Shown here piece after piece: positions 30,236 through 37,211 of a DNA stretch of 64,000 nt; the stretch's first letter is position 1; each line of letters opens with the position of its first letter. Position numbers and translations under genes: made by a program. The notes below the pieces were generated by a model. The model had not been told where the DNA came from. It did no database searches and was given only the letters and a program-made list of their open reading frames with translations. The DNA is from Candidatus Poriferihabitaceae bacterium (lineage in GTDB: Bacteria > Pseudomonadota > Gammaproteobacteria > Arenicellales > Poriferihabitantaceae). The stretch covers positions 4,088,735 through 4,152,734 of the forward strand of contig OZ241969.1 in assembly GCA_965204165.1 (NCBI GenBank), in the 5' to 3' direction.

Positions 30236-31354
30236 ATGGATATTGACGAGGCAATCATTCTTACCCAGGACCGTCTTGCCGAAGAGGGCGGCAGCATGGG
30301 TGAACTGCTCGGACAGTTCCGGAACCGGGTCTCGCCGATTCTGATCGGAGACCCCGAATGGAAGCGCATCCTCGAATGTGCCGGGAAACTTCCCATCACA
30401 ATGGGCGCCCTTCCATTCGGCTTTGAACTGCCGCTTCATCTGCACAGCCCGCAAGCGGATTTCGGAGTCTCCATGGCGAGCGGGACCAGGACAGCGGATT
30501 TCTTCCATGAACGCGCCCGGACCGACACGAAGGATGAAACCGCCAGGGCGGTCTCGCGGCTGTTCAGGCAAATGGATTCCGGGCACTCTCCCCTGCGTGA
30601 CGTCGTCGGCCGCAAGCTGATGCTTGAATATGACATCGGTTCGGCGCGGGACGGGGAACGTTCGCTTCCGGGCATGTTCCTGAGACCCGGAGAACGCCCG
30701 ATCATCGGCGCCGGCGGCCAGGCGGATGAGGTCGGCATGGTGGTCGACGCGCTCGTTTCCTGCCTGGGCTGGGAAATGAATGATGACCAGCGGAATAATG
30801 TCCAGCGGGTTTACCTAGCGCAGCCGGAGGATACGCGCATGGATTCGTTTGGTGTTTTCCCGTCCCGCTCACGGTCAATTCGCCTGGCGATCATGGGCTT
30901 CAAGACGCCGCAGGAAACATGCGGCTATCTTGAACAGACGGGTTGGCCGGGCCAGATCTCGGCTGTCGATTCCGTGCTCGCACGCTTCCGGGAACGGGTG
31001 AAGATCGTCCGGACCGGGCTGAATATTGATGTTCGGGATGAGGGGGTCGGCCCGACGCTCGGCCTGACCCTCATTGTCAAGCAGAGATATACGAAGGATT
31101 CACGGTACTGGATCGACGGCCTGACCGACTGGGACCCGTTACTGAAGGCCTTGAGCCACGAGGACCTTGTGGCTCAGGAGAAACTGACGGCGCTTGCCGA
31201 CTGGGTTTCGAAACCGACAATTCTGTTTGCGAAGTCCGGGCGCTTTGTCCTATTGCGCGGCATTCACCACATCAAGCTGGTGATCACCGAAAACCGGCTG
31301 GGAAAAGCCAAGGCCTACGTATTTATGGTGCTTTCCGGGGCGGTCCCGGAATAG
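30236..31354 (+). CDS. hypothetical protein (372 aa), possible ABBA-barrel fold
   Basis: GAGGA RBS 6 nt before ATG 30236. Ten short alternating beta-like segments in five pairs (FGFELPLH/ADFGVSMA ... HHIKLVITE/AKAYVFMV). No family was recognised with certainty. Confidence 0.6.
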   Translation: MDIDEAIILTQDRLAEEGGSMGELLGQFRNRVSPILIGDPEWKRILECAGKLPITMGALPFGFELPLHLHSPQADFGVSMASGTRTADFFHERARTDTKDETARAVSRLFRQMDSGHSPLRDVVGRKLMLEYDIGSARDGERSLPGMFLRPGERPIIGAGGQADEVGMVVDALVSCLGWEMNDDQRNNVQRVYLAQPEDTRMDSFGVFPSRSRSIRLAIMGFKTPQETCGYLEQTGWPGQISAVDSVLARFRERVKIVRTGLNIDVRDEGVGPTLGLTLIVKQRYTKDSRYWIDGLTDWDPLLKALSHEDLVAQEKLTALADWVSKPTILFAKSGRFVLLRGIHHIKLVITENRLGKAKAYVFMVLSGAVPE

Positions 31355-31378
31355 ACAGGCTCCAAACAGGCAAACGAA

Positions 31379-31404
31379 ACCCCGCATCCGGCCGGATGCG
31401 GGGT
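31379..31404 (-). terminator. perfect 26-nt palindromic hairpin between convergent genes
   Basis: ACCCCGCATCCGG/CCGGATGCGGGGT. On the minus strand it is followed by TTCGTTTGCCTGTTTGG and lies about 70 nt past the precursor stop. Confidence 0.7.
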
Positions 31405-31475
31405 CATTCAAACACTCTATGTATGCGGACCCGGGTTGTTCCGCAAAATGGCCGGCTGATCACCGGCCGCTTCGT

Positions 31476-31727
31476 TTACCAGCAGCAGCAAAGACCGGCT
31501 GAGATGGCCTCAAGTTGCTCTTCGGTAATGTTCGGATCCGGCGGCAGGGCGAGATGCACCGTCTGCATGTCGCTCTCATGGATTATGATGTTCATCGAAT
31601 CGGGAATCGTGACCCCCAGTTCGCCACTGATCGTAGTCTTCGGATCGGCAAGCAACTGTTGCCTGAATTCCGTGTCCAGAGCAGACTTCTCGACAATCTG
31701 CTTCAGCATTTCATCACCGCTTCTCAT
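31476..31727 (-). CDS. NHLP (nitrile hydratase leader peptide)-type RiPP precursor, predicted core LCCCW
   Basis: 83 aa: ...DTEFRQQLLADPKTTISGELGVTIPDSMNIIIHESDMQTVHLALPPDPNITEEQLEAISAG-LCCCW-stop. AAGGGG RBS 7 nt upstream of the ATG. Confidence 0.85.
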   Translation of the reverse strand: MRSGDEMLKQIVEKSALDTEFRQQLLADPKTTISGELGVTIPDSMNIIIHESDMQTVHLALPPDPNITEEQLEAISAGLCCCW

Positions 31728-31825
31728 GACAGTACCCCTTTGATTTGGTTACGAACAATACACGACACAATAGCGGCTGAACGTAACATGACGATATGGC
31801 ATGGTCAAGAAATGCGGACGCCTGA

Positions 31826-33444
31826 CAGCAATTCCCGCTAAGGGTTAGCTCCATTGTGTCAGGGAGTGTGATCCGCAGGAGGTTGTGGTTTTAAAGGGAT
31901 CGGGGCGCAGCGGTCGTTACAGCCACCACTGGGGCTGTAGAACTCATCGGGTCGGTAAACGCTGAAGAATCGACCTGAACACCCGCCGGTCACGGCGTGA
32001 TTCAGGGCGGTTCAGGCAGCGCGGGATTGTTTTTGTACCCCCGCGCAATGACCTGATACAGTTTCTCCCAACTGTCTATCAGGAACAGGCTGAACAGGCC
32101 CCTCATCTTGCGCCACAGCGCGGCGCGGCTGTACATGGCCTGGTGTGCCGCATTGAATACGGCACAGCAGCGCAACTGGATCTGGTCCACCAGAAACGCC
32201 AGCATCATCAGGTGCATCAGCACCGTCGACAGGTGCTTGTTGCCGTGACCATAATTGTGTTCCAGGCCGTAACCCTGGTTCTTCAGCGTGTTGAAGGTTT
32301 CGTTCTCTATCTTCCAGCGGGCCCGGCCGGCCCGCATCAACTCCATCAGGTTCGATTCGTCGATCGGGATATCGGTGACCCAGCAAAAGCGCTGCACCTT
32401 GCCCCCGGGACGGTGCTCCCGGTACTCAAGGAAGTTCACCTCCAGATCAAAGTGGTCGTCGTTCAACGGCACCCGGTTCAGATACCGGAAGCGATGCACT
32501 ACCCCCTGCCCGTCCCGGCACTCATGTTCCGGAACGCCCCGGGTCTTCGACACCCAGTCGTACAGAAACCGGTGGTCCCCTTCCTTCGCACCCAGCACAT
32601 AGCGCATGTCCAGTGACTCCAGCAGCCGGATGTGCGGACCGTTCGAGGCCAGGCCATCTTCAACCACCAGCAACCGCAAATGCGGATGGTTGCGACGGAC
32701 ACGCTTCAGCAGCCGCCTTGCGGCATTCCGCTCACAGTCGTTCTTGCCGGATCCGTCCCCCTTCAGGATCGGTTCTGGCATCAGGGGGATCACCTCGCGG
32801 CAGTCCGGATGCACCAGCACCGCACCGAGCAACTGGTGATAGTACGTCACCCGACCGTCACGATGATGCTTGCTGCAGCAGTGCGCGCAATGCACCTTCT
32901 GCGAGGAGAACAGCCCGGTGCCGTCCACCGACAGCACATAGCGGCCGTCCAGCACCTCGAAACCCTCCAGACCCTTGCCCCGCTGCAGCAGCGCAAACAG
33001 CCGCTTGTATACCGGCTCGAACACCCCCGGGTCCAATTCGTCCAGCCGTTCCCTCATGTACGTGTCGCTCGGCGCCTGCGCCACCCCGTACAGATGCTTC
33101 AGATTGTGCCGCACCGCTTCCTCGGACTGCGACCGCTCGAACTGCAGCAGCGATGGATATTTCAGACCGAACATCGCCAGCGCCGACATCATGACGTCCG
33201 ACAACGGGAACTTGCGGGTGCGCTTCGTGTCCGGAATCTCCTCGAAACTCGACCGGATCGACTGCAGCAATCCCTGTGCGCTCAAGTGTTTGCGATTTGA
33301 TGGTTCACGCATCCAATTTCACCTGGTTCATGAAATTGGAACTGTATGATACCAGAATTCCTGAAAAACTTTACGAAAAAGTTTTTTCCGTATCTCTCTA
33401 TCACCTTGTATTTGCTTGACTTTTTAAACCAGCGGGAATTGCTG
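31826..33444 (-). mobile_element. IS element (IS4-like DDE transposase), 1619 bp, with 9-bp target site duplication
   Basis: Terminal inverted repeats CAGCAATTCCCGCT (31826-31839) and AGCGGGAATTGCTG (33431-33444). Flanked by direct GACGCCTGA at 31817-31825 and 33445-33453. Confidence 0.85.
32002..33312 (-). CDS. DDE transposase (IS4-like)
   Basis: 436 aa with HCAHCCSKHHRDG, LVVEDGLASNGPHI and RARWKIENETFNTLK (YREK-type region). Paralog at 60613-61926. Confidence 0.9.
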   Translation of the reverse strand: MREPSNRKHLSAQGLLQSIRSSFEEIPDTKRTRKFPLSDVMMSALAMFGLKYPSLLQFERSQSEEAVRHNLKHLYGVAQAPSDTYMRERLDELDPGVFEPVYKRLFALLQRGKGLEGFEVLDGRYVLSVDGTGLFSSQKVHCAHCCSKHHRDGRVTYYHQLLGAVLVHPDCREVIPLMPEPILKGDGSGKNDCERNAARRLLKRVRRNHPHLRLLVVEDGLASNGPHIRLLESLDMRYVLGAKEGDHRFLYDWVSKTRGVPEHECRDGQGVVHRFRYLNRVPLNDDHFDLEVNFLEYREHRPGGKVQRFCWVTDIPIDESNLMELMRAGRARWKIENETFNTLKNQGYGLEHNYGHGNKHLSTVLMHLMMLAFLVDQIQLRCCAVFNAAHQAMYSRAALWRKMRGLFSLFLIDSWEKLYQVIARGYKNNPALPEPP

Positions 33445-33459
33445 GACGCCTGAAAGTAT

Positions 33460-33504
33460 CCTTTACAAACCCTTTACACACCATTTACGAGAACCTTACA
33501 AAAC
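33460..33504. repeat. four tandem ~11-bp CC(T/A)TTACA-type repeats
   Basis: cctttacaaac / cctttacacac / catttacgagaa / ccttacaaaac, immediately outside the right target duplication of the IS. Confidence 0.6.
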
Positions 33505-33682
33505 ACTGAAAAATCTGGCCATGTGTGCATCGGCGCCAGCAATCGATTTCCCGTGGCGCGCACCTGCCGGCGCCGGAAATGATCGGCACAGTGCCGTGAA
33601 TTCCCGGGGGAATGTATCACGTCTGGAATTTCCCGCAAGGCCGCAGCTTCACCTTTACCGAGGTATCAATGTACAATGATTC

Positions 33683-34585
33683 ATGTCCACAACGGGGCCT
33701 GTGCGGATGTTCCCTGACCACGAAACCGACGCAAACAGGTATGTCCGCCAGGGCCGGCTCAAGGGCTTGCCAAACCGCCGGGGCGCCCGGTTGAATTCCG
33801 TGCACAGTGTCTTGGCGCTGGCATGCTTGTGCCTGCCAGGTGCACTTGCCCTTGCCGAGGAAGAAACGCCGGAAGACAAGGGCCTGAGGATCGCGCGCGA
33901 AGCAAGCGCCCTTAACGACGGCTTCGGGGATTACACCGCCGGCATGCGGATGGTGCTGCGCGACCGGCAGGGCCGGGAGAGTGTCCGTCAGATGCGCTTC
34001 AAGGTGCTGGAGATGCAGGAGGATGGCGACCGGAGCTTGTTCGTGTTCGACCAGCCACGGGACGTGCAGGGCACCGCCCTCCTGACGCACGCCCACATCA
34101 ACACCCAGGACGACCAGTGGCTGTATCTGCCGGCCCTGAAAAGGGTGAAGCGCATCAACGCCTCGTCACGTTCAGGGTCATTCATGGGGAGCGAGTTTTC
34201 CTACGAAGACATGAGCTCTTCGGAGGTGGAAGAGTACACCCATAGGTTTCTTCGCGACGAGCCATGCGGGGCGCTCACCTGTACGGTGATCGAGCAGGTC
34301 CCCCTGGACAGGAAATCCGGATACAGCCGCAAGGTCGTTTGGCAGGATACCGGCGAACTCCGAACCTGGAAGATGGAGCTTTACGACCGCAAGGACTCGC
34401 ATCTGAAAACTCTCACGTTCGAGAACTACCAGCAATACCTGGACCAGTACTGGCGGGCGGGAGAACAAACGATGGTTAACCACCTGACCGGTGCGAGCAC
34501 GGTGCTGCAATGGGCCGATTTCCGGTTTCGCACCGGACTTGATGAAAGCGAATTCACCAAACCGGCTCTGCGACGCGTGCGCTGA
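33683..34585 (+). CDS. outer-membrane lipoprotein-sorting (LolA-like) protein, usual partner of COG1033 RND exporters
   Basis: DDQWLYLPALKRVKRINASSRSGSFMGSEFSYEDM is typical of the LolA_like family. The signal peptide (SVLALACLCLPGALALA) suggests a later start, for example TTG 33791. Confidence 0.8.
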   Translation: MSTTGPVRMFPDHETDANRYVRQGRLKGLPNRRGARLNSVHSVLALACLCLPGALALAEEETPEDKGLRIAREASALNDGFGDYTAGMRMVLRDRQGRESVRQMRFKVLEMQEDGDRSLFVFDQPRDVQGTALLTHAHINTQDDQWLYLPALKRVKRINASSRSGSFMGSEFSYEDMSSSEVEEYTHRFLRDEPCGALTCTVIEQVPLDRKSGYSRKVVWQDTGELRTWKMELYDRKDSHLKTLTFENYQQYLDQYWRAGEQTMVNHLTGASTVLQWADFRFRTGLDESEFTKPALRRVR

Positions 34586-34802
34586 TGCGGCCCGGCAACG
34601 CAATTGCGGCCCTCCTGCGTGAGGTCTACCTGTTGATGTATGGAGACTGGGACGAGAACTCCTGGGTCAGGAAGAGAATTACAACGCTTTCATCTTCGGT
34701 CTGGAACGCACTGTCTACACGCTGTTCGGCTCCCGGACGGACCTGACCTACGACGTACGACGCGACAGTTTCCCGGGTGTGGGATTCACGTACAGTTTCT
34801 GA
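34585..34802 (+). pseudogene. remnant of an outer-membrane beta-barrel protein C-terminus (frameshifted fragment)
   Basis: Frame ending at 34802 reads ...NYNAFIFGLERTVYTLFGSRTDLTYDVRRDSFPGVGFTYSF-stop, an OMP-like terminal Phe beta-signal. It has no start codon. An upstream piece (..YGDWDENSWV..) sits in another frame. Confidence 0.35.
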
Positions 34803-35060
34803 TGGCGTCCGTGGCAGGGGCCTGGCGATCCGCGGCGGGGTTATGCCATCGGCCGGGGAGTCGGATATCGCCCCCATGAGCGGATTTCATGTGCTGAATC
34901 AACCAATTACCTTCCTTCCCAAACGGGTCGTCCGGAGAATTACAGGTCCGGGGGCCATGAAAAAAACAAACGATGGTGCTAAGATGACGACAGGTTGCCG
35001 GGCAATTGGCACATCCAGGTTTCCATTCTGGCGCAATTGACCGGCATCTGCGGAAGTCAA

Positions 35061-35092
35061 TCAGGGTGATCCATCAGGGTGATCCATCAGGG
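35061..35092. repeat. 13-bp tandem duplication (TCAGGGTGATCCA x2.5) spanning the halogenase start codon
   Basis: Units at 35061-35073 and 35074-35086, plus a partial third at 35087-35092. Each full unit carries a GTG; only 35079 is in frame. Confidence 0.8.
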
Positions 35093-36353
35093 CAGCAAAT
35101 CCTTGCAGAAGATCGCGGTTGTGGGACGCGGAACCGCGGGGTCTCTGGCTGCCGCCAGCGTAACGCGCCTTCTCTCCGGCCGGGACTACGAGCTGCACCA
35201 CATCTATGACTCGCGTATCCCGGTCATCGGCGTGGGTGAAGGCAGCTGGCCGAGCCTGGTTCAGCAGTTGCAGCACCTGACGGATCTGCCCCACGATACC
35301 GTCCAGCAGCGTCTCAAAGGAACTCGCAAGTACGGGGTCGCATTCGAGGGATGGGGGGTGCGCGACCAGGATTTCACCCACTACTTCATGCCGGTAAAGG
35401 AGTCCTACGCCTATCACCTGTCCGCCGACCTGATGGGGGACCTGCTGCACGAAAGCACGCACGCGCGCCACATCGACGCGAAAGTGCTCGGGATCACCAG
35501 GGTGGACGGCGGCGCGGAAGTGGAATTCGAGGGCCTGGCGCCGGAACGCTACGACCTGGTCTTCGATGCCCGCGGATTTCCCAGGGAACTCCAGCCCGAA
35601 CAGCACATCGACATTTCGTTCATTCCCACCAATACGGCCGTCATCCGCCGCTGCCCGGCAATCTTCGGGGAGGATCGGGGCGGACCGGTCCTGCAACATA
35701 CCTATACCCGCGCGGTTGCGCGTCCGCACGGCTGGATTTTCGTCATTCCGCTTCAAGTACACACATCCTACGGGTACATCTTCAACCGCGATGTATCCGG
35801 CCTTGACGAAGTCGAGTCGGATTTCGATGCCTTCCTTGCAACCGATGGCGTACCGGAATTCGAGCAGCGCGCCGTCATCCAGTTCCCCAATTTCGTCCAT
35901 CGGCAGATGTACGACGGCGCGGTGGCCCGCATCGGCAATGCGGCGGCCTTCATGGAGCCCCTCGAGGCAACGGCCATCGTGTCCGCCCAGTTGCAGATCG
36001 GGATGGTCCTCCAAACGCGTCTCAACCGCCCAATCGAGCATATTGAACGCGACGCACCGGTTGTCAACCGGTTCCTCGTCAACAACATGCTCTGTTACGG
36101 CCTGTTCGTCGGCTGGCACTACTGCCTTGGCTCAAAGTACGACAGCGGGTTCTGGTGCCATGCCCGTGACCACGTCTGGCCACGGCACCGCAAGGCGGCG
36201 GCTCCCGAGTCCGTGGACTGCGACGCACTCCGCAAGTTCGACGGCATGTTCGAACTGATGCGCCAGCCGGAAATCGGCGAGGCGGACTGGAACCGGATGT
36301 GCGCAGTCCCCCTCACAAGCTATGACCAGATGTCCCGCGGTCTTGGCTGCTGA
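35079..36353 (+). CDS. FAD-dependent tryptophan-halogenase-family protein
   Basis: GxGxxG (VVGRGTAGSLAA), IGVGEGSWPSL, GWIFVIPL (WxWxIP-like) and FMEPLEATAI (F.EPLES-like). Confidence 0.8.
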   Translation: MIHQGSKSLQKIAVVGRGTAGSLAAASVTRLLSGRDYELHHIYDSRIPVIGVGEGSWPSLVQQLQHLTDLPHDTVQQRLKGTRKYGVAFEGWGVRDQDFTHYFMPVKESYAYHLSADLMGDLLHESTHARHIDAKVLGITRVDGGAEVEFEGLAPERYDLVFDARGFPRELQPEQHIDISFIPTNTAVIRRCPAIFGEDRGGPVLQHTYTRAVARPHGWIFVIPLQVHTSYGYIFNRDVSGLDEVESDFDAFLATDGVPEFEQRAVIQFPNFVHRQMYDGAVARIGNAAAFMEPLEATAIVSAQLQIGMVLQTRLNRPIEHIERDAPVVNRFLVNNMLCYGLFVGWHYCLGSKYDSGFWCHARDHVWPRHRKAAAPESVDCDALRKFDGMFELMRQPEIGEADWNRMCAVPLTSYDQMSRGLGC

Positions 36354-36409
36354 CCCCTCCCCCGGAACAGTACAGCCGGGATTCCCCTGCAACAGCGCCT
36401 GCCCCGGGA

Positions 36410-36808
36410 TCAGGCCAGGGTGTCCACCAGTCGCGCTTCCGTAATTCTGCGGTCCCGGGTCAGCAGCGTCGCGCCGAGCACCCGGGCCGTGGCAACCAGG
36501 ATGCGGTCTGCCGGGTCACGATGGAAGGAATCGGGCAACGAGGCCAACTCGGCCGCGATCGCCGGTGATATTCCATTTCGCCGCACCAGTGGAGGTGCCG
36601 CCAGCTTCCCCAGCCACTCCCGCAGGGGAATCGTGAGGCGAATCCGGCCAAGGCTGTGCAGCATGGCCACTTCCCACAGGGAGATATCGGAGATCAGCAA
36701 CGGCGAATCCGCATCGGCGGCTGCAATCACTTCCTGCTGGTCACGGGACAGCCGGCCCCGGTCTTCATGCCACCAGAGCAGAATGTGTGTGTCGAGCAGG
36801 GCCTTCAC
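36410..36808 (-). CDS. vapC: type II toxin VapC (PIN domain)
   Basis: 132 aa (LLDTHILLW..., acidic PIN residues). Overlaps the antitoxin stop by 4 nt. Confidence 0.85.
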   Translation of the reverse strand: MKALLDTHILLWWHEDRGRLSRDQQEVIAAADADSPLLISDISLWEVAMLHSLGRIRLTIPLREWLGKLAAPPLVRRNGISPAIAAELASLPDSFHRDPADRILVATARVLGATLLTRDRRITEARLVDTLA

Positions 36809-37059
36809 GGCTTCAGGACGTCCCAGTATTCTTCCGGCAACACCGGCTTCACAACATCCCCGACCAGTTCGACCGTCCCGGCCAGCTCGGCCTGGGGAAA
36901 CGCCCTGTCTTCCCCGGTAGGACGAACCAGCACCGCAACGGGTCTCCCGCGCTTCAGAATGACCACCCGTTCCCCCGTCTCATGGACGCGGTCAAGGATG
37001 GCAAGGCAGCGGGCCTTGAAGTCGGATGCATTGATGGTTGTCATATGACTAGTATCCAT
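36805..37059 (-). CDS. type II antitoxin (Phd/YefM-like)
   Basis: MTTINASDFKARCLAILDRVHETGERVVILKRGRPVAVL. The start may be 37044 rather than 37059. Palindromes GTCATATGAC (37040-37049) and ATGACTGGTCAT (37058-37069) lie at the 5' end. Confidence 0.75.
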   Translation of the reverse strand: MDTSHMTTINASDFKARCLAILDRVHETGERVVILKRGRPVAVLVRPTGEDRAFPQAELAGTVELVGDVVKPVLPEEYWDVLKP

Positions 37060-37211
37060 GACTGGTCATATATGTCAAGGCCAGAATTCCGGAGGTTTCG
37101 GTACACTGCCCTTGACCGCACAGTTACGGGAAAGGAATAATTCCACTCAGAACAAAACTTTGCGATTCAGGGGTTTGTCTGAGCCACTGATGAGCATTCC
37201 GGGTATCCACT

